The notes below the pieces were generated by a model. It was not told the DNA's origin. It did not search any database and worked only from the letters and a program-made list of their open reading frames with translations. 64,000 nt of DNA from Rickettsiales bacterium. GTDB taxonomy: Bacteria; Pseudomonadota; Alphaproteobacteria; Methylaequorales; Methylaequoraceae. Positions within the stretch are counted from its first letter, which is position 1. Every line of letters begins with the position of its first letter. This document shows, piece by piece, positions 17,971-28,395 of this stretch. The stretch is taken from positions 2,587 through 66,586 of the forward strand of contig NZFP01000009.1 in assembly GCA_002689325.1 (NCBI GenBank), written 5' to 3'. Both the position numbers and the translations under genes were made by a program.

Positions 17971-18932
17971 GATTTAATGAAAGATTGATTATGTTTATTA
18001 AATTTAATTATTTGCTTAATCTGTGTTTTACTCATTGGTCTCATGCATAAAGCATTTGAGTTTTCTAAAACCTCTTTTTCATTTGTAATTCCTGCAATAG
18101 TAACCGAAACTTCAGGTAAAGACATACAAAAACTTAGACAAAATTGCGCTTGTGATGTTTTTTTTGAAAGTAGGTTATTTTCGAATAATTTTTTACTACA
18201 ACCTACCCATCTCTTTTTTTGATCATTACTCCACAAACTTCTATGATCATTATTTTTAAAACAATGGTCAGAATTAATTTTTCCTGTTAAAAAACCAAAA
18301 CTAAATGGCGTGCGAGACAGAACAGCAATATTATTTTTTTTACATTCTTTCTCTATTCCTAACTCAATAACTCTTGTGTCTAATATATTTAAATTTACTT
18401 GGATTGAATCAATTAAATCTAAATTTTTTACATAAAAAAAATCAGAAGGCTTTTTTAAAGACAATCCAAAGGCTCTTATTTTTCCTTTTTTTTTTTCCTC
18501 CAAGAATGATTGTATAAAATCTAAATTTCTCAAGATTTGTTCCTCAGGATTATGTAATTGTATTAAGTCAAGGTAATCTGTTTCTAAATCATTTAGACTT
18601 TTGTCTAACTGTTTAATTAAGAAATCTGAGTTAAAGTTTTTTTTTTCAGAAAATTCTGAAATACCACATTTTGATGCTAAAAAAATCTCATCTCTTTTTT
18701 TTCTTTTAAGAACTTTTCCCAAAATTTTTTCACTAATTCCATATGCAGGAGAAGTATCAAAAAAATTAATATTTCTCGTCAACGCATTTTCAATAGTTTT
18801 TATGGCGGTTTTAACTGATATACGGCCATATGAAGGGGCAATTTTGGTTCCACCACCAAGACCCCAGCAACCAAAGCCAAGCTTCGATTTAATAATATTA
18901 GAGTTTCCTATTTTAAAATTTGTCTTAAACAA
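17967..18932 (-). CDS. Aldo/keto reductase
   Basis: LGFGCWGLGG, FFDTSPAYG, SKCG and LETDYLDLIQLH motifs. Confidence 0.9.
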   Translation of the reverse strand: MFKTNFKIGNSNIIKSKLGFGCWGLGGGTKIAPSYGRISVKTAIKTIENALTRNINFFDTSPAYGISEKILGKVLKRKKRDEIFLASKCGISEFSEKKNFNSDFLIKQLDKSLNDLETDYLDLIQLHNPEEQILRNLDFIQSFLEEKKKGKIRAFGLSLKKPSDFFYVKNLDLIDSIQVNLNILDTRVIELGIEKECKKNNIAVLSRTPFSFGFLTGKINSDHCFKNNDHRSLWSNDQKKRWVGCSKKLFENNLLSKKTSQAQFCLSFCMSLPEVSVTIAGITNEKEVLENSNALCMRPMSKTQIKQIIKFNKHNQSFIKS

Positions 18933-18937
18933 TTACT

Positions 18938-20920
18938 TTAATGATGAGCTGAATAATATTTACTCATTGCTTTACTTCCATACAAATAAGCTCCTTTTTT
19001 ATTTGCATACCAAACAACCTTTTTTGCCCAATCTAATCTTGAAATCCATGTTTCACCTCTTCTCTCAATTTTATAATTAAATTCTCCTTCTTCAAGTTTC
19101 GTTTTTCTCCCAACAAGGACTGATTTATAGAAATCTATAATATTATAGTTTAGAGTTACTTCATAATTTTTATCTCTTTTTGGTAATTTGAGCATTTCAT
19201 AATTTATCATGATTGACTGACTTATCAGATTTTTGAATTGAGTAAGATTTGGATCATGAGAAATCATCTTTTTAAAAAGCAACTTTTCTGCTTCTTTATA
19301 AAAATCAGATATTAAATTATTTTTATATAATTTTAAAAACATATATTCATCATGTGGCCACCATATATTAAGCCACTCTTTTGAAAACTTATACTCTGGA
19401 CCACCATTTTGAATTATTGAAGCCGAATCAAAAAAATATTTTCTAATTTGTGATATTAATTTAAATTCTTTACTTTTTTCATTAACAAAAAAATTAATTA
19501 TGGATTTATAATCTTGTCCAGTTAAATGATGATAAATTATAATTGGAATTTGAAGAATTTTATTAAAATGAAGAAAAGCGGTCATCCATGAAAACGCCCT
19601 AGTTTTTTGCCAGTCTTTTTTCGGCATCGAATTGGTAGCCACTACTAACTGTTGTTTTTCAGAAATACCAAAGTCATCATCACTATAGAAACCATGCATG
19701 TTTAGAATATCTGTTTCTACAGTCTTTATTCCAAATTTTTTTTGATATTTTAGATCACCTACTTCTGAGTTAGGAAGAATTGAGAGGTTATTAAATTGTA
19801 TCCTGTTATGTTGACCATTCTGTATCAGACTTGATACTCCTCCAGTAAAAGAATCAAATGTTTCTCCAGGTAAACCTAAAATCAGATCTGAGTATGTTGT
19901 AACATTGTTTTTGGTAAATATTTTTTGAAGAGTATCATAGGATTCTAAAGATATATTATCCCTCTTTATGTTATGCAAAGTTACTGGGTCGAGTGACTGC
20001 ATTGATAATGTTACCCCTTTATTAAGCCCAGCATCAGCTAATATTTTTTGTGTTTGATAAGCCCTTTCAGTTGTATTTTTTGTATTTTGAACAGATAATG
20101 CTTTTGGATAACCTGTAATTTTTTTTTTTACTGCCGCATATTTAGCAATCTCAACATCTCTTTTCAAAATTCCAAAATTTGCATCACAGCAAAAAATAAA
20201 TTCAATCTTTTTTCTTGAAAACCAGTCGATTTCTAATTTTAAACGCTCTAAATCAAATTTATTAACCTTGCTTGCAGTTGCAGAACCCCAATCACAGAAT
20301 GTACATTTAAATGGACATCCTCTATTTGTTTCCCATAAAATTAACCATTCATTTTCTGGGTAAGCTTCAATTAGATCATCAAAGATACCAGATAAATACG
20401 GGGATGGTATGCATTCCAATTCTCTTATTCTTTTAAATTCGGAATTACTCTGATAGATACCATATTTATTAAGCCAAGATATACCGCTTACTTCTTTTGT
20501 TTTATTATTTTCAAATGATTCCACTAAATCCAAAAAGACTTTTTCTCCTTCTCCATGAACAACATAATCTATAAATTTATTATTTCTTAAAAATTTTTCT
20601 GCATGATTTGGGACCTGCGGACCACCAAAAATAATTTTAACATTTTTGTTAATAGCCTTAAGTTTTTTTGCTACAGAGAGAGATATTTTTTCGTTCCAAG
20701 AATATAAACTAAATCCCACTATGTCAGCATCTGAATAAAGGTTTACTGCGTCTTGAACACTTATCCTTTTGAATAATGGTTCTAAAAATTCATAATTTTT
20801 TTTATTTTTTGCATATTTTTTGAAATAACTTTCAAGTAAACCTGCAACATAGGGAAGATAATAGGCCCCTGAAAAACAATTATTTATCTGGCTAATTCCT
20901 ATTTTTATTTTTTTCTTCAT
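18938..20920 (-). CDS. Cobalamin-dependent radical SAM protein
   Basis: B12-binding domain (VGFSLYSWN, IIFGGP, GEGE) and CxxxCxxC in ETNRGCPFKCTFCDWG. Confidence 0.9.
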   Translation of the reverse strand: MKKKIKIGISQINNCFSGAYYLPYVAGLLESYFKKYAKNKKNYEFLEPLFKRISVQDAVNLYSDADIVGFSLYSWNEKISLSVAKKLKAINKNVKIIFGGPQVPNHAEKFLRNNKFIDYVVHGEGEKVFLDLVESFENNKTKEVSGISWLNKYGIYQSNSEFKRIRELECIPSPYLSGIFDDLIEAYPENEWLILWETNRGCPFKCTFCDWGSATASKVNKFDLERLKLEIDWFSRKKIEFIFCCDANFGILKRDVEIAKYAAVKKKITGYPKALSVQNTKNTTERAYQTQKILADAGLNKGVTLSMQSLDPVTLHNIKRDNISLESYDTLQKIFTKNNVTTYSDLILGLPGETFDSFTGGVSSLIQNGQHNRIQFNNLSILPNSEVGDLKYQKKFGIKTVETDILNMHGFYSDDDFGISEKQQLVVATNSMPKKDWQKTRAFSWMTAFLHFNKILQIPIIIYHHLTGQDYKSIINFFVNEKSKEFKLISQIRKYFFDSASIIQNGGPEYKFSKEWLNIWWPHDEYMFLKLYKNNLISDFYKEAEKLLFKKMISHDPNLTQFKNLISQSIMINYEMLKLPKRDKNYEVTLNYNIIDFYKSVLVGRKTKLEEGEFNYKIERRGETWISRLDWAKKVVWYANKKGAYLYGSKAMSKYYSAHH

Positions 20921-21260
20921 TTTTTAATTAATACATATTTATTTTTAAGTGACAAGGCTAGCATAATCAGAAAAATTTAGGGGGTTATTAATAATATCTA
21001 TTCATGTCGAAAAAAAAAATTGAATATAAAACTACAATATTAACGACTTTAAATTAAATCTTTTAAACTTCAGGACTTAATAATAAGGAATATTTGGTAA
21101 AAAGAATATGATAAAATTGAAAGACCATACTCATATGGATGTTATTATTTCACCAAACAAAAATGAATATGATATAAAGTTTTCTCAAGAAAAATTTTTA
21201 TACTCTCAATAACTTAATATAATTGCTAAAATAATTTCATATTATTTATAGTTTCCTATT

Positions 21261-21983
21261 ATGCTAAAAATTTTAAAAAATAGACTCCTAAAAAACACAA
21301 TGATTTATCATATTTATAGATATTTAAAATATAAAAAAAACTATTTTCCATCTTATGGAGCTACAGGTGAGGACGTTTTAATTAGCAAGATTTTCAAAAA
21401 TAAAATTGATGGTTTTTTTGTTGATGTTGGTGCCCTCCACCCCATAAATGGATCGTTAACATATAATTTATCTAAAAAAGGCTGGAAAGGTTTGAATATT
21501 GATTTACTGGAAGAAAACTTAATTTTATTCAATTTATTTAGAAAAAAAGATAAGAACATCAACTTAGCTATCTCGAGAAATAAAGGAATTATTAATGCAT
21601 ATATTTTTGAAAGAGGTTCTGGTGTGAATACAACTAACAAAAAGTGGGCAGATAAATGGAAAAAAAAAATTGGGAAAAATTACTCAATCCTCAAAATAAA
21701 AAAAAACTCACTTAATAATGTTCTTACCTCTCATAAAATTAACAAAGAATTTGAATTATTAAACATAGATGTAGAAGGGCATGAAATAGATGTTTTAAAA
21801 GGAATAAATTTTAAAAATATTCGTCCAAAAATAATAACAATTGAAATTCATGTTGAAAAAACTGAGCAAATTTTTAAAACAGAAACTTATAGACTGTTAA
21901 AAAAAAATAACTACGAACTTTTTTCACAATATTATCAAACATCTTTTTTTAAGAGCAATGAGTTCAATATAATTAATTTATAG
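21261..21983 (+). CDS. FkbM family methyltransferase
   Basis: FFVDVGALHP, GWKGLNID, LNIDVEGHE. Confidence 0.85.
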   Translation: MLKILKNRLLKNTMIYHIYRYLKYKKNYFPSYGATGEDVLISKIFKNKIDGFFVDVGALHPINGSLTYNLSKKGWKGLNIDLLEENLILFNLFRKKDKNINLAISRNKGIINAYIFERGSGVNTTNKKWADKWKKKIGKNYSILKIKKNSLNNVLTSHKINKEFELLNIDVEGHEIDVLKGINFKNIRPKIITIEIHVEKTEQIFKTETYRLLKKNNYELFSQYYQTSFFKSNEFNIINL

Positions 21984-22024
21984 TTTTAGCTTAATTATGG
22001 CAAAACGGAATGATTTCCTTAGTT

Positions 22025-22738
22025 TTATGGTAGTTGACGAAAATATTTTGAGTACTTATTTTTTAAAATAAAAAGAAGAATAAAGAATGTTAATAAAACA
22101 ATTGATGGCATTAATAATTCTTCAGTCAGAACCTCGAGCTTTAATTCTGAAGCATAAAGTTTAGTAGTATCTATCACTCTCTTGAAAATATAAGTGTATA
22201 ATATTATTTGAGGTACCTCAGCTAAAATAGTCGCAAAAATGAACTGTCTATATGTAAGATTAAAAAAAATAGCAAATATATTTTTTATCACAAATGGCAT
22301 GCCTGGTATTACCCTAAATATGGTAAATAAAAACATAGATTTTTCCTTAAAATTAGTAATTTTATTAGACTTAACCAAAATCTTTTTTAAGTAATCTTTA
22401 AAAAGGTTAGCTATATTGAATGCGAGTATTGAACCTAATATAAATGAAAATACGGATAATAGAATTCCAAAGTAACCAAAAAAAAGAGTGGATATAAAAA
22501 GTAATGGTGAAACTATACCAACAAAGCATATCCATATCGTTGATAAAAATAAATATAAGCCGATTGATATTAATTTATTATTATCTAAAAAAGTTTTTAA
22601 TTTTTCATGTTCGGAATGAATACTCTCTAAACTTAGATTAAAAAGTAGATCTTTATAAAGAAAAATTAAAAAAACTATAATTGAAATCATTAATAAATAT
22701 ATGATTGCAAGAATTTTTTTTAATAAACTTTTAGTCAA
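22025..22738 (-). CDS. DedA/TVP38 (VTT domain) membrane protein
   Basis: Multiple TM segments; FRVIPGMPFVIKN motif. Confidence 0.75.
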   Translation of the reverse strand: MTKSLLKKILAIIYLLMISIIVFLIFLYKDLLFNLSLESIHSEHEKLKTFLDNNKLISIGLYLFLSTIWICFVGIVSPLLFISTLFFGYFGILLSVFSFILGSILAFNIANLFKDYLKKILVKSNKITNFKEKSMFLFTIFRVIPGMPFVIKNIFAIFFNLTYRQFIFATILAEVPQIILYTYIFKRVIDTTKLYASELKLEVLTEELLMPSIVLLTFFILLFILKNKYSKYFRQLP

Positions 22739-22771
22739 ATTTTTATTTTCGAGTTTAGTATTATACTTCCT

Positions 22772-23836
22772 TTAAAGTTTACTTTTTTTTATTTCATGGC
22801 TTGCTATTTTTTTTAGAATTTTATCTAACTTATATTTAATCTTCCATTTCGGGAAATCTTTAGAAAACTTTGAATAGTCGGTAATCCACCAAATGTGATC
22901 ACCTATCCTATTATCATCAAAAAACTCTACTGGAACCTTAAGACTATACTCTTTCTTAAAAAAATTTAGAACTTCGATTATAGAGCAGCTATTTTCTCTT
23001 CCTCCACCAATATTATAAATTTCACCTTGTGTTGGATTTTGGTAGTAATGCCAAAAACAACTTATGAGATCACTACTATGAATATTATCTCTAACTTGTT
23101 TTCCCTTGTAACCAAAGATCTTATATTTTTTTTTTTGTATTATACATTTGATCAAATACGATAAAAAACCGTGTAACTCAACACCAGAGTGATTTTCTCC
23201 AGTTAGACATCCGCCTCTAAAAGTAACAGTATTAAGTTTCATATTTTTACCAAACTCCTGAACATAAAGATCAGCACTAAGTTTGGATACTCCAAAAAAA
23301 GAATGAACGCAGTTGTCTGTACTCATTCTCTCACTTATACCTCGTTTAAAATACCCGCAACTTTTGCTAACTTCATATCTATTCTTTTTTTCTATGAATT
23401 TTAGTTTATTAGGATTATCTCCATAAACTTTATTAGTTGAAACATTAATAAAACTTGCATCAGGACAGTATCTTTTAAAAAGATCAAGAAGTTGAAGGGT
23501 TGCTGTAGAATTAATTTGATAGTCTAGTGTAATATCCCTCATAGCCCAATCATGAGACGGCTGAGCAGCACAATGAATAATACAATTTATCTTCTTTTTA
23601 AAATTAATAAAAATTTCTTCAACTTTTTTTTTATTTCTAATATCCACATCGAAGTGTTGATAGTCTTTCATTTGATTAAGCTGGTTTTTTCTGGTGTTAG
23701 TACTACCAGAGGAACCAAAGAATATTTTTCTGCTGTCATTATCTAACCCAAGAACATTAAACCCCTTTTTAACGAAAAATTCTGCACACTCTGAACCTAT
23801 TAATCCAGCAGACCCTGTTATTAAAATATATTTCAC
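22772..23836 (-). CDS. NAD-dependent epimerase (CDP-paratose 2-epimerase-like)
   Basis: ITGSAGLIG, HCAAQPSHD, STNKVYG, GKQVRDNIH. Confidence 0.85.
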   Translation of the reverse strand: MKYILITGSAGLIGSECAEFFVKKGFNVLGLDNDSRKIFFGSSGSTNTRKNQLNQMKDYQHFDVDIRNKKKVEEIFINFKKKINCIIHCAAQPSHDWAMRDITLDYQINSTATLQLLDLFKRYCPDASFINVSTNKVYGDNPNKLKFIEKKNRYEVSKSCGYFKRGISERMSTDNCVHSFFGVSKLSADLYVQEFGKNMKLNTVTFRGGCLTGENHSGVELHGFLSYLIKCIIQKKKYKIFGYKGKQVRDNIHSSDLISCFWHYYQNPTQGEIYNIGGGRENSCSIIEVLNFFKKEYSLKVPVEFFDDNRIGDHIWWITDYSKFSKDFPKWKIKYKLDKILKKIASHEIKKSKL

Positions 23837-23913
23837 CTGATGATTATAAAAAATAAAAAGAATTAAACAATTATGAATTGTTGAATTTATAAATCACGTT
23901 ATATTAAAAAAAT

Positions 23914-25318
23914 ATGTCAGATCACAAAAATTTTTATAAGAAATCTGCTAAACAAAGAATTTCTTTTACTCATAAATTTAGAAAAGTTTACTTAACGATT
24001 AGTAAAGAAATTAATAGTATTTTAGAAAATTCAACTAATTTACTTTTTTTAAGTGCCGGACATTCAAGTATGGTTGATATGTTAAAATTCAATAATATTT
24101 ATGTTTTAGAAATTATTGAAGAGTTTCATTCGTTATATACTAATAAGAATAGTAAAAAAATAACAGAGCTTGAAAGCTTAAAAAAAATTAAAAATTTAGT
24201 CATTGACGATGTGATCATTTCAAACTTAGAGTATTCAAATGATCCAATTAAATTAATGAATGATGTTAATAAAACCTTGGGTGATAATGGAAAAGTTTCC
24301 ATAATTTGTAATAATATTTTTTGGAATCCTGTTTTTAAAATCTTTGAATTTATTGGTCTTAAGTTCAGACATCCAAGGAAAAACCTCATCACTTCAAATT
24401 TTGTTGAAAATTTATGTTTCCTATCAGATTTTGAATTAGTAAAAAAAAAAAAAGATTATTTTACTCCCTTTTAACATTCCAATTCTTACAACGTTTATAA
24501 ATAATATTTTTGCTAAACTACCAATAATAAATTTGTTTTGTTTGATCTCACTTTATGTTCTTCGTGCTAAGCCAAAGAGCAGTTTAAAATTAGATGATAT
24601 GACAGTTTCTATTATTGTTCCGTGTAAAAATGAAGAAAATAATATTAAGCTTGTAGTAGACTCCTTAGAAAAAATTGGAAAAAAAACTGAAGTTTTATTC
24701 GGTAATGATAATTCAGATGATAATACTGAGGGTGAAATAAAAAAATTTATCAAAAGGAGGAAAGATATAGATATAATTTATTATGAAGGTCCTGGAATTT
24801 GTAAAGCAAATAATGTTTATAAAGGATTTGAAATCGCTAGGGGGGATATATTAGTTATACATGATGCAGATAATACAGTTGATCCAATTGAGCTAAAAAA
24901 AATTGTAAAAGTTTTAGTCGAAAAAAACCAAAATTTGGTAATTGGTTCAAGATTAATTTATCCAATGGAGAAAAAGGCAATGAAATTCTCCAATTATTTA
25001 GGCAATCTTTTTTTCTCTTATTTTTATTCTCTTATCCTTCAACAAAATGTTACAGACACTTTATGTGGGACTAAAGCTATCTTTAGAAAGGATTGGGATA
25101 AAATAATGAATTATATTGGAGCATGGGGAATTAAAGATAAATGGGGTGACTTTGAATTATTATCTGGTGCAAAAATTAATTTGATGAGAATATCCGAGGT
25201 TCCAGTAAATTATAAGGAAAGGGTCCAGGGAGAGACAAAAATGACAAATACAATTTTTAATGGATTCAGAATGTTATTAATTTGTATTGTCTCTTTCATA
25301 AAAATTAGAATTAAATAA
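23914..25318 (+). CDS. Methyltransferase-like + GT2 glycosyltransferase fusion, split by a +1 frameshift in A13 (24441-24453)
   Basis: Removing one A joins 23914-24474 to 24533-25318 through a stop-free linker (KIILLPFNIP...AKLPIINLFC). GT2 motifs VSIIVPCKNE, HDAD, DTLCGTK. Confidence 0.8.
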
Positions 25319-25325
25319 AGAAGAT

Positions 25326-26039
25326 ATGTTAAAATACTTTTTCGAAAGAATCGTTTTGATTTTAGATAATTCGTCCCAAAAAAAAAATTTTTCTTTTATA
25401 AAAAAAATATTTGGAAATAAAATAAACACTTTCTTTGATGTTGGTTTTCATGCAGGTGAGACAGCCTCACTTGTAAATCACTATTTCTCAGTCAAGGAGA
25501 TACATGCATTTGAACCAAATCCAAATATATCAAAGAGTTTTTATGAAAGAAAATTTAAAAATGTAGTTTTGATCAAGAAGGGTGTTGGAAGAAAAAATTG
25601 TAAAAAAACTTTTTTTATTAATAATTTTTCTCCTATTAATTCTTTTTTTAAAGTCAATAATCAATCAGGACATACAAAGTTGAAAAAAAGAATTTTAAAC
25701 TTCTTATACTCGGAAACTATTAATAGTTCGAAAAAAGAAGTTGAAATTATTACTTTAAAAAATTACTGTTCAAAAAAAGGCATTCTTTATATCGATGTCT
25801 TAAAAATTGATACCGAGGGTAGTGAATATGATGTATTAATTGGGTTAGGGCAGAATATAAAAAATGTAAAATGTATACTTTTTGAGCATCATTATGATAA
25901 ATCTCTTATTAAAAACTATAAATTTAGTGATATAAATAAGTTATTAATTAAAAACGGGTTTAAAAAGGTTTTCAAATCTAAGATGTTACTAAGGAATATT
26001 ATTGAGTACGTTTACTTAAATGAAGAGTTTTACTTTTAG
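25326..26039 (+). CDS. FkbM family methyltransferase
   Basis: FFDVGFHAG, HAFEPNP, LKIDTEGSE. Confidence 0.85.
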   Translation: MLKYFFERIVLILDNSSQKKNFSFIKKIFGNKINTFFDVGFHAGETASLVNHYFSVKEIHAFEPNPNISKSFYERKFKNVVLIKKGVGRKNCKKTFFINNFSPINSFFKVNNQSGHTKLKKRILNFLYSETINSSKKEVEIITLKNYCSKKGILYIDVLKIDTEGSEYDVLIGLGQNIKNVKCILFEHHYDKSLIKNYKFSDINKLLIKNGFKKVFKSKMLLRNIIEYVYLNEEFYF

Positions 26040-26290
26040 CGTTTTGATTCATCATTAATAGTTTTTATTCCAATTGCGCTAAAAATAATAAGTAAAGGTC
26101 CGGTCTCTGATCTATGTCTTGGGTTACCTAACCCAACTCCAGTAGCTAGAATTATGAAAATTATACTCATGATTATTAAACCATTGATTCTTAAATGAAC
26201 TGATTGTAAGATAAGATAGAATCCAAAAACTTGTAAGAATCTCAGTAAAATAATTACAAATACTGAAACTACGTTAAGACCACTAAATTT
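26036..26290 (-). pseudogene. 5'-truncated C-terminal fragment of a polytopic membrane protein (GT-C-like)
   Basis: 84-codon stop-free frame with three hydrophobic segments (…ATGVGLGNPRHRSETGPLLIIFSAIG…) and no start at its 5' end. Confidence 0.55.
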
Positions 26291-26291
26291 A

Positions 26292-26515
26292 TTATTAAAT
26301 ATTGACGTTGAAGGCCATGAATTGGAGGTAATTCAGAGGCTTAATTTAAAAAATACAAGCCAAAACTTATTACTGTTGAAATTTATTGTACTGATGCTGG
26401 CAAAATATTAAAAACAAAAATTTATAAGATTTTAACAAATAATCGTCACAAATTTATTTCTCACCTTTATCAAACATCATTTTTTATATCAAATGATTAT
26501 AATTTTTATAAATAA
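26292..26515 (+). pseudogene. 5'-truncated, frameshifted FkbM fragment
   Basis: LLNIDVEGHELEV.../KPKLITVEI...LYQTSFF aligns with the C-terminus of the 21261 FkbM. Confidence 0.8.
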
Positions 26516-26580
26516 TATTCTATCATTTAAAATTATTAATATTTTACAAAATTTAACTATAACTTTAAAAAATAAAAGAG

Positions 26581-27453
26581 GTGAAAATAAAAAATTTATT
26601 CAAAAAAATTGCTAGATCTTTTGAAAAACGTAGAAAAAGAAAAAATAGCATTCTTTCAATTAACGATAATATTGAAACACTTAATGATTTACTTATTCAA
26701 GAATCAACAAAAGAACTTCAAAGGAATCACCCTAACCCATTTAACATATATGGCAAAAAGTGTTTTTCTCAATCAGATGAAGATGGAATAACTTTGGAGA
26801 TACTTAAAAGAATAAAGAAAATTAATAACGGTAGTTTTTTGGAGATTGGGGTTGGTGATGGAACAGAAAATAACACGTTGGTTTTGCTGTCATTAGGCTG
26901 GAATGGAATCTGGGTAGGTGGATCAAACTTATCTTTCGATACCTCTAAAAGTAAAAGGCTTCGATTTTTTAAGAATTGGGTGACAGCAGAAAATATAGTT
27001 GAAATAATTTATCATGGTTTAAATGCCTCTAAAATTAAGGGTCTTGACCTAATTTCTGTGGACTTAGATGGAAATGATTATTTTATAGTCAAGAAAATTT
27101 TAGAAGCAAAACTATTACCTAGTGTTTTTATTTTAGAATATAATGCTAAATTTCCCCCACCTATTAAATTTAGTATAAATTATAATCCACATCATAAATG
27201 GACAGTTGATGACTATTTTGGGGCCTCTCTTTCATTATGGAATCAACTTATGAATCAATATGGTTATATTCTAATATGCTGCAATTCTCATACAGGAGCA
27301 AATTGTTTTTTTGTTAAAAAAAAATTTTCAAAGTTATTTAAGGAAATTCCTAATGATATTGAAAAAATTTACTCTGAGCCAAGATATTTTTTATACAAAA
27401 ATTTTGTGCACAAAAGAAGTATCAAATTGATTCAACAAATAATTAATGATTAA
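26581..27453 (+). CDS. FkbM-like methyltransferase
   Basis: FSQSDEDGI, FLEIGVGDG.ENN, SVDLDGNDY, EYN motifs. Confidence 0.75.
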   Translation: MKIKNLFKKIARSFEKRRKRKNSILSINDNIETLNDLLIQESTKELQRNHPNPFNIYGKKCFSQSDEDGITLEILKRIKKINNGSFLEIGVGDGTENNTLVLLSLGWNGIWVGGSNLSFDTSKSKRLRFFKNWVTAENIVEIIYHGLNASKIKGLDLISVDLDGNDYFIVKKILEAKLLPSVFILEYNAKFPPPIKFSINYNPHHKWTVDDYFGASLSLWNQLMNQYGYILICCNSHTGANCFFVKKKFSKLFKEIPNDIEKIYSEPRYFLYKNFVHKRSIKLIQQIIND

Positions 27454-28336
27454 GTTTTTTTTCTATTAATTTTTCCCATATCATCACATGCTCTTTGGCA
27501 TAATTTTCCCAAGTAAGTATTTTTTTAACTCCAGCAAATTTTTTTTTTTGATTAGTAATCTTATTAATTGTTGAAAAAAAGTTTTTTAAGCTAGGGTCTA
27601 ATTTATGTGTTATAAACTTTTGTAAATCTTTTTGGAAACCCTGTGGAATCATTATAGTTTTTAAACCAATTTGAATAGCATCCATAAAGCTCATTGAACC
27701 TTCATCTTGTCCAAGGTAAATTAAATAGTCCAATGATTGTAATTTTTTGAGATAGTTCCACCTAAAGAAAAATCTGTCATAATCAATCTCCATTCCTTTA
27801 TTCCTTAACTTTTCTACATATGGTTTCCAGCCTTTACCAATTATAGTTAATTTTGCAAAATCAGGATTAACCCTAGAAAACGTATCATAAAATATTTTTT
27901 CTTCTTTTCTTCCGTCTCTATATAGATTTGTAAAAATACCAAAATTTATTTTTTTAATTTCTAGATCTCCATCGGCAGGGGGCAAAACAAAAAAAATATT
28001 TTTTAAACCAAGTGACTTTGATTTTATGAATTTTCTATGGTCATCAGAGAAGGCAATTCCAGCGTCTAAAAATTTTGAGATTTTCCTAAGTTTATTAAAC
28101 CTTAACTCATCGTTCACATGCGTTAGCATTGACGTATTAACAGTATTTCTGAAATAAAGAGCTTCATTTTCTTTTTGAAATAGAAAAATTATATAATGAT
28201 TAACATCAACATTCTTCAATGGTTTTTTACCCAAATAAACTTTGTGTCCCAAGTTTCTTAAATTTATAACAAGTTTTTTTGAAATTTTTGTTAAAATCCA
28301 TCCGTCTTGATCTAAATTTATAATATTAATTATCAT
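27443..28336 (-). CDS. Putative glycosyltransferase
   Basis: GT-B-like C-terminus (DEGSMSFMDAIQIG; LTWENYA). Confidence 0.55.
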   Translation of the reverse strand: MIINIINLDQDGWILTKISKKLVINLRNLGHKVYLGKKPLKNVDVNHYIIFLFQKENEALYFRNTVNTSMLTHVNDELRFNKLRKISKFLDAGIAFSDDHRKFIKSKSLGLKNIFFVLPPADGDLEIKKINFGIFTNLYRDGRKEEKIFYDTFSRVNPDFAKLTIIGKGWKPYVEKLRNKGMEIDYDRFFFRWNYLKKLQSLDYLIYLGQDEGSMSFMDAIQIGLKTIMIPQGFQKDLQKFITHKLDPSLKNFFSTINKITNQKKKFAGVKKILTWENYAKEHVMIWEKLIEKKLNH

Positions 28337-28395
28337 TTTAATTTTTTTAAAATAAATGTAATTTAAATAAAGATTTTAACCTGGAAAAAAAAGTT

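Noticed and set aside
18601..19080. Antisense ORFs in the track (this one, 4778-5149, 50154-50678 and similar)
   Set aside because: They are shadows of well-supported genes on the opposite strand and have no motifs.
21004..21212. Short ORFs (MSKKKIEYK..., MIKLKDHTHMD...) upstream of the FkbM gene
   Set aside because: Too short and without motifs; cannot distinguish a remnant from chance.
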